The notes below the pieces were generated by a model. It saw nothing but the letters and a program-made list of their open reading frames with translations, had not been told where the DNA came from and made no database searches. A program made the position numbers and the translations under genes. DNA of 64,000 nt from Staphylococcus phage BSwM-KMM1, in the sequence record OP902294.1, one strand, 5' to 3'. Below are positions 42,766 to 52,751 of the stretch, one piece after another. The stretch's first letter is position 1. Every line of letters starts with the position of its first letter.

Positions 42766-43731
42766 ATGGCAACAAAAACACAAAGAAAGCTATACCAATA
42801 TCTAGAGCAAAATGCTATAGAAAATAAATTTCATATTTCTACTAAGAAAGAACTAGCAGATTCTCTAGATGTTTCCATCTCTGCTTTATCCAATAACCTT
42901 AAAAAGTTAGAAGAAGAAAATAAAATTGTTACTGTATCTAAAAGAGGCAAAAACGGTGGTGTAGTAATAACTCTAGTAAGAGATTACAATACCGAAGAGT
43001 TAAAAGAGTTTAATGAGTCTAAGGATAATATTATTACGTCAGATTTACAATATGCTAAAGAGCTTAGAGAAAAACATTTCCCTTCATATAGATATGAAAG
43101 AAAAGAACAACGAAGACGTACAAAATTAGAAATGGCTCAGTATAACGCTATTAAAGATGAGAAGAGAAGAATTATAGCCGATATGAATTTTCATTCAGAA
43201 GGTCTCCCTTATCCTTCTAAGGAAGTATTTAACATGTCTTACGACCCTGAAGGTTTTTATAAAGCCTATATACTTTGTAAGCTTTATGACCAGTATGCTA
43301 TCTCACACATGGATGCTAAGCATACTAGTCATCTTAAAGCAATGAGTAAAGCAAAAACTAAAGATGAGTATGACTACCACCAACATATGTCTGAATACTA
43401 TAGAAATAAAATGATTCAGAACTTACCTAGAAATAGTGTAAGTGATAATTTCTTCGGTAGTAAAACATTTAATACATTTTATAATTTTTATCTAAAAGTA
43501 AAAGATAAAAATATTAACGTTTTTAAGTATATGCAGAATGTATTTAAGAATGTAACATTTTATTATGAGAATGGTATGCAACCAAATCCTATACCTTCTC
43601 CTAACTTCTTTAGTTCAGATAAGTATTTTAAAAACTATAATAATTATATTAAAGGAATAAAAAAGGTATTAATAATACCAATAGACATCTTGGGGATACA
43701 GATAGTGCTATCAATTCTTCAGACTATGTAA
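42766..43731 (+). CDS. Rep-like / winged-HTH DNA-binding replication protein (321 aa).
   Basis: The N-terminal wHTH-like segment (KKELADSLDVSISALSNNLKKLEEENKIVTV...) and a position between two helicase genes match the 'Rep protein' of K-like phages. Confidence 0.45.
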   Translation: MATKTQRKLYQYLEQNAIENKFHISTKKELADSLDVSISALSNNLKKLEEENKIVTVSKRGKNGGVVITLVRDYNTEELKEFNESKDNIITSDLQYAKELREKHFPSYRYERKEQRRRTKLEMAQYNAIKDEKRRIIADMNFHSEGLPYPSKEVFNMSYDPEGFYKAYILCKLYDQYAISHMDAKHTSHLKAMSKAKTKDEYDYHQHMSEYYRNKMIQNLPRNSVSDNFFGSKTFNTFYNFYLKVKDKNINVFKYMQNVFKNVTFYYENGMQPNPIPSPNFFSSDKYFKNYNNYIKGIKKVLIIPIDILGIQIVLSILQTM

Positions 43732-43760
43732 AGAACCCTGCTGTTTTACATTTACATCAG

Positions 43761-44378
43761 TTGTACACTACAGGATTGAATTCTACTTTACATGATATTG
43801 ATACTATGTTTGAGCAAGCATTAGATTTAGAGAATGCTTCTTATGGATTATTTGGAGATATGAAACATATTGTATTACTACAATATAATTCTATGATTGA
43901 AGAAGAAGTTAAGAACTTACCTGAAGAAGAAAGAGGTATTATTAATAAATATGTAAAACAATGTATAATTAACGAATATTCACCTACAAGTATCTCACCT
44001 TCTGCAAGATTATCTATGTTTACTATGCAGAAAGAACATATAGTTTCTAGTAAACAGTTAAACGGAGGTATTAGTAGAGAGGACTTATTACCACTGAGTC
44101 TAGGAGGTATAGTGAATAAAGATTCATTAAGAAGTATGGATATACAAAACTTAGAACAGAATGGTAATGAGTACCTTTATATGAGACAATTCACTTCTAC
44201 TTATTATATACTAAGAATGTTTGGGGATTACCTAGGATATGAAGTAAACTTAAGGGAAGTAAAATACATTGTAGAGAAATATAATTTAATTGATAAAATA
44301 CCATTGACAAAAGAGGGTATGTTGGATTATAATAAACTTATACATTTAGTAGAGGAAGAGGTTAATAACTATGAGTAA
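43761..44378 (+). CDS. Hypothetical protein (205 aa).
   Basis: Intact ORF whose 3' end overlaps the start of the next gene. Confidence 0.4.
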   Translation: MYTTGLNSTLHDIDTMFEQALDLENASYGLFGDMKHIVLLQYNSMIEEEVKNLPEEERGIINKYVKQCIINEYSPTSISPSARLSMFTMQKEHIVSSKQLNGGISREDLLPLSLGGIVNKDSLRSMDIQNLEQNGNEYLYMRQFTSTYYILRMFGDYLGYEVNLREVKYIVEKYNLIDKIPLTKEGMLDYNKLIHLVEEEVNNYE

Positions 44379-45813
44379 GAAAATAAAGGAGCTTATTCTT
44401 CATAAATCAATGAAGGATATACATTTTGCAAGAGAAGTACTAGACAATTTACCTAAGAACCTATTCTCAGCAGAGTCTGAGGATATGGGTTACTTATTTA
44501 CAGCTATAAAAAGAACAGCCCATATTTCAGATAAGATGTCAAATGAGGCATTAGCAATTAAAATAGAACAACTTATGGGTAACAACAAGGAAGATGAAGA
44601 GAAGGTAACTAAAACTCTAACTTACTTGGAAGACTTATATAAAGTAGACGTTAATGAGAAAGACGAGTCTGTTAACTATGAAATAGAAAAATACATTAAG
44701 ACAGAAATGTCTAAAGAAGTATTAGTTAAGTTTATTGCAGAAAATAAACAGGAGGACTCAGACAACTTACATGAGCTTGTAGATAAGCTAAAACAAATAG
44801 AAGTAAGTGATATTTCAGGAGGCAATGGGGAATTTATCGACTTCTTCGAAGACACTGAAAAGAAACAAGAATTATTAAGTAATTTAGCTACAAATAAATT
44901 CTCTACAGGCTTTAATTCTATTGATAATCATATTGAAGGTGGAATAGCACGAGGAGAGGTTGGATTGATTATAGCTCCGACAGGTAGAGGTAAATCATTA
45001 ATGGCATCTAACTTAGCTAAAAACTATGTGAAGAGTGGATTAAGTGTATTATATATTGCATTAGAGGAAAAAATGGATAGAATGGTTTTACGTGCAGAGC
45101 AACAAATGGCAGGCGTAGAGAAAAACCAACTTGTAAACCAAGACATGTCTTTAAATAGTAAAGTTTATGGTGCCTTACAAAATCACTATCAAAAAAATAG
45201 AAAGTTATTAGGTGACTTCTATATTTCTAAACACATGCCAGGTGAAGTTACACCAAACCAATTAGAACAAATTATTGTTAACACTACAATTAAGAAAGAT
45301 AAGAATATTGATGTTGTTATTATTGACTACCCACACTTAATGAGAAATCCTTATGCTAAGTACCATTCAGAATCAGATGCAGGAGGAAAACTGTTTGAAG
45401 ATATTCGTAGATTATCTCAACAATACGGATTTGTTTGTTGGACGTTAGCACAAACTAACCGTGGAGCATATGGTTCAGATGTTATTACAAGTGAACATGT
45501 TGAGGGTTCTCGTAAGATTGTCAACGCAGTGGAAGTATCCTTAGCAGTAAACCAAAAAGACGAAGAATTCAAGAGCGGTTTCTTAAGATTGTACTTAGAT
45601 AAAATCCGTAACAGCTCTAACACAGGAGAAAGATTTGTTAATCTTAAAGTAGAACCAACTAAGATGATTGTAAGAGATGAAACACCTGAAGAGAAACAAG
45701 AACATATTCAACTCTTATCAGATAATGGAAAAGAAGATACAAGTAAGTTCCAAAATAAAGATAATAAGATAGAAGCTATAAATAACACATTCGGAGGTTT
45801 ACCTGGAGTTTAA
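44371..45813 (+). CDS. DnaB-like replicative helicase (480 aa).
   Basis: RecA-fold C-terminal domain with Walker A GLIIAPTGRGKSLMASNLA and Walker B VVIIDYPHLM, plus an N-terminal helical domain. Confidence 0.7.
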   Translation: MSKKIKELILHKSMKDIHFAREVLDNLPKNLFSAESEDMGYLFTAIKRTAHISDKMSNEALAIKIEQLMGNNKEDEEKVTKTLTYLEDLYKVDVNEKDESVNYEIEKYIKTEMSKEVLVKFIAENKQEDSDNLHELVDKLKQIEVSDISGGNGEFIDFFEDTEKKQELLSNLATNKFSTGFNSIDNHIEGGIARGEVGLIIAPTGRGKSLMASNLAKNYVKSGLSVLYIALEEKMDRMVLRAEQQMAGVEKNQLVNQDMSLNSKVYGALQNHYQKNRKLLGDFYISKHMPGEVTPNQLEQIIVNTTIKKDKNIDVVIIDYPHLMRNPYAKYHSESDAGGKLFEDIRRLSQQYGFVCWTLAQTNRGAYGSDVITSEHVEGSRKIVNAVEVSLAVNQKDEEFKSGFLRLYLDKIRNSSNTGERFVNLKVEPTKMIVRDETPEEKQEHIQLLSDNGKEDTSKFQNKDNKIEAINNTFGGLPGV

Positions 45814-45831
45814 ATTTTTAATTAATACCAC

Positions 45832-45860
45832 TTGACATTTTATATGTTAGGTGGTATAAT
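45832..45860 (+). promoter_or_regulatory. Perfect consensus sigma-A promoter: TTGACA, 17-nt spacer, TATAAT (extended TGgTATAAT).
   Basis: Read directly. It is ~30 nt upstream of the sbcD RBS AAAGGAGAGG. Confidence 0.8.
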
Positions 45861-45891
45861 TATTTTATAAAGAAAAAAAGGAGAGGTTATT

Positions 45892-46917
45892 ATGAAGTTT
45901 GTATTTTTTACAGATAGTCATTTTCACTTATTTACAAACTATGCAAAACCTGATGATGAATTTGTAAATGATAGATTTAAAGAGCAAATAGAAGCATTAC
46001 AGAAAGTTTTTGATATTGCTAGGAAGGAAAAAGCTGATGTTATTTTTGGTGGGGATTTATTCCATAAGAGAAATAGTGTAGATACTAGAGTATATAACAA
46101 GGTCTTTGAAGTACTTGCTAGAAATAGAGATATTGATGTTTATATGTTAAGAGGTAACCATGATTCAGTAACTAATTCTTTATATACAAGTTCTAGTATT
46201 GAGCCTATTGGTTACTTACCTAATGTTCATATCTTTTCAAGTACTGATACATTTAGCTTTACTGATGTAAATTTAGTATTTGAACCTTATGGAGATGAAA
46301 CAGAAGAGATTAAAGAACATATTAAAGGGTCTTATGATGAAAATAAAATTAATATTTTAGTAGCACACTTAGGTGTTGAAGGGTCTTTAACCGGTAAAGG
46401 TTCCCATAGATTAGAAGGTGCATTTGGTTATCAAGACTTATTACCTGATAACTATGCTTTTATTCTATTAGGTCACTACCACAGAAGACAATACTTCCAA
46501 AACCCAAATCATTTTTATGGTGGCTCACTTATGCAACAATCATTTTCAGATGAGCAAGATTCTAATGGTGTACACTTAATAGATACAGAAAAAATGACTA
46601 CAGAGTTTATTCCTATTAATACTAGGAGATTTATTACTATCCAAGGAGAAGATATACCTGAGAACTTTGACCAACTTATAGAAGAAGATAACTTTATTAG
46701 AGTTATTGGTACCGCAAACCATGCTAAGGTTTTAGAAATGGATGAGAGTATGAAAGATAAAAATGTTGAAGTTCAGATTAAGAAAGAGTATACTGTAGAA
46801 AAACGTATAGATAGTGATGTATCCGATGACCCTTTAACAATTGCTAGTACTTATGCTAAGCAATATTCACCCGAATCAGAGAATGAAATACTTGAATGTT
46901 TGAAGGAGGTTCTATAG
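45892..46917 (+). CDS. sbcD: SbcD/Mre11-like recombination exonuclease (calcineurin-like phosphoesterase).
   Basis: Phosphoesterase motifs DSHF, GGDLFH, GNHD and GHYH in the canonical order. It precedes a Rad50/SbcC-like ATPase gene. Confidence 0.8.
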   Translation: MKFVFFTDSHFHLFTNYAKPDDEFVNDRFKEQIEALQKVFDIARKEKADVIFGGDLFHKRNSVDTRVYNKVFEVLARNRDIDVYMLRGNHDSVTNSLYTSSSIEPIGYLPNVHIFSSTDTFSFTDVNLVFEPYGDETEEIKEHIKGSYDENKINILVAHLGVEGSLTGKGSHRLEGAFGYQDLLPDNYAFILLGHYHRRQYFQNPNHFYGGSLMQQSFSDEQDSNGVHLIDTEKMTTEFIPINTRRFITIQGEDIPENFDQLIEEDNFIRVIGTANHAKVLEMDESMKDKNVEVQIKKEYTVEKRIDSDVSDDPLTIASTYAKQYSPESENEILECLKEVL

Positions 46918-47294
46918 TGAGAGGATACAGAAGATACTTAGATAAAACTGATGAAGAGAACTTAGCAGAAGACTGGGAGAAAGTAGCAGATGATTTATGG
47001 AAAGTTTTTGAAAATATGGAGCCTAAGATTAACAAACTAGATATTAGTAATATTGAGGACAAAGATTTAGATACAAAGAAACCTATTTTACAATTTCAAG
47101 ACTCGGATGGGGTAATAGAGAACATTTGTAATGTTGAAGGTTTAGAAAATGGTTTATCTAAAATGAAAAAGATTTTTGACGACAGTAATTTTGAAAAACA
47201 TTATTATAATAGAATTGTAGAACAGGATGAATACTATTGGATTGACTATGGTTCTCATCATTGTTTCTTTAGGGTTACGAAAGGGGATAAGTAA
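46914..47294 (+). CDS. Hypothetical protein (~127 aa).
   Basis: GTG start with a perfect AAGGAGG RBS overlapping the sbcD stop. The ORF track shows an in-frame ATG at 46896. Confidence 0.4.
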   Translation: MVRGYRRYLDKTDEENLAEDWEKVADDLWKVFENMEPKINKLDISNIEDKDLDTKKPILQFQDSDGVIENICNVEGLENGLSKMKKIFDDSNFEKHYYNRIVEQDEYYWIDYGSHHCFFRVTKGDK

Positions 47295-49208
47295 TGGTTG
47301 TATTTAAACAAGTAGAAGTTAATAATTTTTTAGCTATTAAAGAGGCTAAACTGGAGTTAGATAGTAGAGGTCTTATTCTCATTGAAGGGGAGAATAAATC
47401 TAATGAGTCCTTCCATTCTAATGGTGCAGGTAAATCAACTCTAATATCTGCCATTACTTACGCTTTATATGGTAAAACTGAGAAAGGATTAAAAGCAGAT
47501 GATGTAGTTAATAATATTGAGAAGAAAAACACATTTGTTAAACTACAGTTTGATATTGGAGAAGATAGTTATTTAATTGAACGTTACCGTAAAGATAAGG
47601 AAAATAAAAATAAAGTAAAATTATTTGTTAATGATAAAGAGATTACAGGTTCAACAAATGATGTTACTGATAAGCAAATACAAGATTTATTCGGTATTGA
47701 GTTTAATACCTACGTCAATGCTATTATGTATGGTCAAGGAGACATTCCTATGTTCTCTCAAGCTACAGACAAAGGTAAAAGGAAATATTGGAATCTATCA
47801 CTAAAACCGATGTGTATAAACAAGCACAAGATGTAGCAAAGAGAAAGTTAAAGAAGTAGAAGAAGAGCAGAATAAACTAAACCAAGAAATATATAAAATA
47901 GATTATCAATTATCTACCAAAGATGAGTATTTTCAAAAGAGGTAGAACAATATAATCAGTATAAGGAACAGTTACTTCAGATTGAGAACAACAATAAAGA
48001 AAAAGATAAAATGAGGGAACAAGAGGAGAAGCAAATAGAGGCTCAAATAGAGCAATTAACAGCTCAGATACCAACAATACCTAATGAACAATTTATGCAC
48101 TCAGAAGAGTACAATAAAGCCTCTCAGAGCTTAGATTTACTTTCTAATAAATTAACTGAGTTAAATCAAGTATATGCAGATTATAATACTAAAGAACAAG
48201 TACTAAAGTCTGAAATAGTAACGTTAAACAATAGTTTAAATCAGTTGGATACAAACGACCATTGCCCTGTTTGCGGTTCTCCAATAGATAACTCTCATAA
48301 ACTTAAGGAACAAGAAAACATCAATACTCAGATAGAGAATAAAAACAAGAAGTTAGTAGTGTAGAGAATATGAAAACTACTTATAAAGAAGCTATTGACA
48401 AAGTAAATGATAAATCACAAGAAATTAAAGATAGAATGGTACAGGAAGACCAACAAGAGAGAGAGCACAATAATAAAATCAATAATATTATACAAGAAGC
48501 TTCTAAAATTAAGTCAGACATTAGCTCACTAGAGAATAATAAGACTTATTTAAAGGTAAAATATCAACATCAATCTATACAAGGTTTAGAGAGAGAAGAA
48601 CCAAGTAAAGAAAAACATGAAGAAGAGAAAAAGAATTACAAAATACTATTGACAAACATGAGGATTATATAGTACACTTAGAAAGTAAGAAAGGTAAGTA
48701 TCAACAAGCAGTAGATGCTTTTAGTAATAAAGGAATACGTTCAGTAGTATTGGACTTTATTACACCATTCTTAAATGAGAAAGCTAATGAGTACCTTCAA
48801 ACACTATCAGGTTCAGATATTGAAATAGAATTCCAAACACAAGTTAAGAATACTAAAGGTGAACTAAAAGATAAGTTTGATGTTATTGTTAAGAACAGTA
48901 AAGGTGGAGGTTCATATAAATCAAACTCTGCAGGAGAACAAAAACGTATTGATTTAGCAATCAGTTTTGCAATACAAGATTTAATTATGAGTAAAGACGA
49001 GATATCTACAAATATTGCCCTTTATGATGAGTGTTTTGATGGGTTAGATACTATAGGATGTGAGAATGTAATTAGATTATTAAAAGACAGACTCAATACA
49101 GTAGGTACTATATTTGTAATTACACATAACCAAAGTTTAGCTCCCTTATTTGAGCAAACAATTAAAATAATAAAGGAAAACGGAATATCAAAATTGGAGG
49201 AAAAATAA
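47294..49208 (+). CDS. sbcC: SbcC/Rad50-like ATPase (~640 aa), fragmented by at least 3 frameshifts.
   Basis: N-terminal Walker A NGAGKSTLISAITYALYGK, a coiled-coil middle with the zinc-hook CPVCGSPI, and a C-terminal ABC signature SAGEQKRIDLAISFA with Walker B LYDECFDGLD. These lie on the collinear ORFs 47294-47836, 48011-48364, 48370-48672 and 48750-49208. Confidence 0.75.
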
Positions 49209-49807
49209 TGAAATTAAAGATTTTAGATAAAGATAACGGAACACTTAATGTGTTTCATCGTAACAAGGAATACAAGACAATAGACAATGTACCAACTGCT
49301 AATCTAATAGATTGGTACCCTTTAAGTAATGCTTATGAATATAAACTAAGCAGAAACGGTGAATACTTAGAACTGAAAAGGTTACGTTCAACACTACCTA
49401 CTTCATACGGGTTGGAAACTAATAATCAGAGTATTATTAGAGACAATAATCATAGATGTAAGATAGGGTATTGGTATAATCCTGCTGTAAGGAAAGATAA
49501 TTTAAAAATTATTGACAAAGCTAAACAATATGGGTTACCTATTATTACAGAGGAATATGATTCCGATATTGTAGAGCAAGGATTTAGAGACATTGGTGTA
49601 ATATTCCAAAGTCTTAAAACAATAGTAGTTACTAGGTACTTAGAAGGTAAAACAGAAGAAGAACTAAGAATTTTTAATATGAAATCTGAAGAATCACAGC
49701 TTAATGAAGCACTTAAAGAGAGTGATTTTTCCGTAGACTTAACATATAGTGACTTAGGTCAAATTTATAATATGTTACTACTAATGAAGAAAATCAGTAA
49801 ACAGTAA
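49208..49807 (+). CDS. Candidate gp67-like anti-sigma-A factor (199 aa).
   Basis: The inference is from synteny and size only. A ~198-aa gene between sbcC and the primase is where phage G1/K gp67, the sigma-A region-4 binder, is located. I cannot confirm the sequence from memory. Confidence 0.45.
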   Translation: MKLKILDKDNGTLNVFHRNKEYKTIDNVPTANLIDWYPLSNAYEYKLSRNGEYLELKRLRSTLPTSYGLETNNQSIIRDNNHRCKIGYWYNPAVRKDNLKIIDKAKQYGLPIITEEYDSDIVEQGFRDIGVIFQSLKTIVVTRYLEGKTEEELRIFNMKSEESQLNEALKESDFSVDLTYSDLGQIYNMLLLMKKISKQ

Positions 49808-49818
49808 GGAAGGATAAT

Positions 49819-50880
49819 ATGAGGTTTGAAGACTTTTTGACACAGGAATTAGGAGAACCAAAAGAGAATACTATAGGTGAGTTAAGATATTGTTGTCCGT
49901 TTTGTGGAGAAAAAGTTATAAGTTCTATGTTAAACAAGCGTTAGATTCTAGTAATGGTCAGTACCACTGTAAAAAGTGTGATGAGTCAGGTAATCCTATA
50001 ACGTTTATGAAAACTTATTATAACATCACAGGTAAACAAGCTTTTGATTTACTAGAATCTAAAAACATAGATATAGAGAAAGCCTCTGTACTTACATCAA
50101 ACAATAAGGATTTAACAGAGTCAGAGAAACTTATACTAATGCTTAGAGGAGTACACCAAGAGAATAAGAACTCAATAAAACCACCTAAGTTACCTGTTGG
50201 TTTTAAATTGATAAAAGATAATTTGAATAACAAAGAGATAATACCTTTTTAAAGTATCTAAAGGGAAGAGGAATAACATTAAACCAAATTATTAATAATA
50301 ATATAGGTTATGTCATTAATGGATACTTTTATAAATCTGATGGGGAGACCAAAGCACCTCTTAGAAATAGTATTATATTTTTCACATATGATAATGAAGG
50401 AAAGTATCAATACTGGAATACTAGAAGTATAGATAAGAATCCCTATATAAAATCTATTAACGCTCCTGCTAAACAAGATGAAGTAGGTAGAAAAGATATT
50501 ATATTTAATTTAAATATAGCAAGAAAGAAAAAATTCTTAGTTATAACTGAAGGTGTATTTGATGCTTTAACTTTCCATGAATATGGAGTAGCAACATTAG
50601 GAAAACAAGTAACAGACAATCAGGTACAGAAGATATTGGATAGTGTAGATAAAGATACTTCTATCTATATTATGTTAGATACAGATGCATTAGACAATAA
50701 CATAGATTTAGCATATAGATTAAAAACACATTTTAATAAGGTATACTTTGTACCTCACGGTGACGAAGATGCTAATGATATGGGAACAAAAAAGCATTTG
50801 AGCTTTTACAAAGTAATAGGGTATTAGTAACACCTGAAAGTATACAGAGTTACAAAATACAACAAAAACTTAAACTTTAA
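49819..50880 (+). CDS. DNA primase (zinc-binding domain plus TOPRIM), fragmented by at least 2 frameshifts.
   Basis: N-terminal zinc-binding motif YCCPFCGEK...HCKKCDESG, and a TOPRIM motif FLVITEGVFDALTFHEYG with an acidic cluster IMLDTDALD, on collinear frames including ORFs 49890-50252 and 50636-50827. Confidence 0.7.
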
Positions 50881-50882
50881 GC

Positions 50883-50911
50883 TTGACCTTTTAATCATTT
50901 TATGTTATACT
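50883..50911 (+). promoter_or_regulatory. Sigma-A-type promoter: TTGACC, 17-nt spacer, TGtTATACT.
   Basis: Near-consensus elements after the primase gene. Confidence 0.6.
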
Positions 50912-50945
50912 AGTAATTAAGAAATCAATAAAGGAGATAAATTTA

Positions 50946-51737
50946 ATGGCAGATAATAAAAAGATATTTTAGAATTTGTAGATGAGTACATTACAGCTAT
51001 GAGGGTTGGTAATGAGCAAAGACAGCACCAACTAGAAGAATTAGGTAAGGAAGAGACAGCAACGTTAACTGATGTAGCTTTAGCTATTACTAACCTTATG
51101 ATAGGTGTAAATAGTCAAATGATTGCGTTAGAAAATAATACAGAATTAAACTTAAATATTTTAATTGATGCTTTATACAAAGCAGAACTTATTAATGATG
51201 ATGTCCTAGACCACATTCAAGACTCAATTGATAAATCAGAAGAAGAAGAAAAAATAAAACAGAAGAAAAAGGAGAACAAGAATAATGGAAAAAATATTAG
51301 CACACACACAAAAGGTATTAGTCAAGAAGATATGGCAACATGGGTTGAAGCAATCACTGAAGGTACAGTAGAGGGTAAAGAGATTGATAAAGAAACAGCT
51401 AAGAAATTAGACCGAATCGGTTCTAGAAGTGTTTCCTTAGAAGAAGCAACTCGTATTGCAAAAGTTATTAATGCTGTATCAGCACAAGAAACAACTTCAG
51501 CTTTTAATGAAGCCTTTAATTTAATTGACCTTCTAATGATTATCTTAGAAGATGAAGTAGGGGTAACAGAAGAGCAAGTATCAAGAGCACAAAAAACGTT
51601 GAAGGAAAAAGAGAAGCTTATCTAAAAGATAAACAAGAAGAGTTACGTCAAAAACAACAAGAAGAAACAAAAGAAGAAACTGAGTCTGACAGCAATGAAA
51701 AAGTAATTCAGTTGAAGAAAAATGACGAACAGTAAGA
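50946..51737 (+). CDS. Acidic hypothetical protein (~265 aa) with frameshifts near 50965 and 51620.
   Basis: MADNKK.. continues into ..ILEFVDEYITAMRVGNEQ... (ORF 50999-51625) and on to ..KDKQEELRQKQQEETKEETESDSNEKVIQLKKNDEQ*. RBS AAAGGAGATAAA. Confidence 0.4.
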
Positions 51738-52174
51738 AAAAAGGGGATACATTCGAAAGAAAGATAGCTAAAGAATTGACTGCTTGGTGGGGATACCAGT
51801 TTAATAGGTCTCCTCAATCAGGTGGTGCTTCATGGGGTAAAGATAATAATGCTGTCGGAGATATAGTAGTACCTCAGGAAGCTAATTTTCCTTTAGTAGT
51901 AGAATGTAAACATAGAGAAGAATGGACGATTGATAATGTCCTACTTAACAATAGAGAGCCTCACACTTGGTGGGAGCAAGTAATTAATGATAGTAGCAAG
52001 GTGGATAAAACACCTTGCTTAATATTTACTAGAAATAGAGCTCAGAGTTACGTTGCCTTACCTTATGATGAAAAAGTATATGAGGACTTAAGAGATAATG
52101 AATATCCTGTTATGAGAACAGATTTTATTATTGATAACATACGAAAAGATAAATTTTTTATGATGTCCTTATAA
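51722..52174 (+). CDS. PD-(D/E)XK nuclease, a putative Holliday-junction resolvase (150 aa).
   Basis: Motif GDIVVPQEANFPLVVECKHRE (D ... E-C-K). It is small and sits in the replication/recombination module. Confidence 0.55.
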   Translation: MTNSKKKGDTFERKIAKELTAWWGYQFNRSPQSGGASWGKDNNAVGDIVVPQEANFPLVVECKHREEWTIDNVLLNNREPHTWWEQVINDSSKVDKTPCLIFTRNRAQSYVALPYDEKVYEDLRDNEYPVMRTDFIIDNIRKDKFFMMSL

Positions 52175-52344
52175 CTACCATGAGTGGGTTGACCTCATTT
52201 ACACCTTCTTATATTATATCTTGCTACGACAAAAAGATATAAAACCGTACAAGAAGGTCGAGTCTAATTTATCTGAGGTAAGTAAGCATGAAGATGAATT
52301 GATTGATGACCTTCTTAATGATATATAAGGAAGGTAAGATAGGT

Positions 52345-52737
52345 ATGACAAGTAAAGAAAGACCATTAATTGTGTATTTTTCAGGGACAGGACAAACAGA
52401 AAGACTAGTAAACAAGATTAACATTAATAACTCTTTTGAAACCTTTAGAGTTAAAAATGGAAAAGAGAAAGTAGACAAACCTTTTATATTAATAACACCA
52501 ACATATATGAAAGGTGCAATACCTAAACAAATAGAAAGATTTTTAGAAATTAATGGGAGCCCTAAAGAAGTTATTGGTACAGGAAATAAACAATGGGGCT
52601 CTAATTTCTGTGGAGCAAGTAAGAAGATTTCAGAGATGTTTAAGATTCCTTTAATTGCTAAAGTAGAGCAATCAGGACACTTTAACGAAATACAACCAAT
52701 ATTAGAACACTTTAGTAATAAATACAAAGTAGCGTAA
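52345..52737 (+). CDS. nrdI: NrdI flavodoxin-like protein.
   Basis: LIVYFSGTGQTERLV (FMN-binding loop), ~130 aa, immediately upstream of nrdE. RBS AAGGAAGGTAAGATAGGT before ATG 52345. The ORF track extends to 52303. Confidence 0.75.
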   Translation: MTSKERPLIVYFSGTGQTERLVNKININNSFETFRVKNGKEKVDKPFILITPTYMKGAIPKQIERFLEINGSPKEVIGTGNKQWGSNFCGASKKISEMFKIPLIAKVEQSGHFNEIQPILEHFSNKYKVA

Positions 52738-52751
52738 AGGATGAGAGATAT

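Noticed and set aside
52269-52727. 152-aa minus-strand ORF overlapping nrdI.
   Set aside because: It is fully antisense to a well-supported nrdI gene, with no RBS. Other minus-strand ORFs in the track (2658-2918, 3017-3238, 4008-4546, 9965-10246, 11796-12140, 15262-15585, 20264-20452, 20797-21117, 21972-22313, 24593-24802, 26378-26707, 28976-29296, 34771-35100, 35702-35896, 37119-37391, 39975-40181, 41219-41434, 42422-42646, 45417-45623, 46856-47062, 50018-50476, 51581-51817, 56602-56835, 58769-58990, 60187-60375, 61506-61697) are rejected for the same reason.
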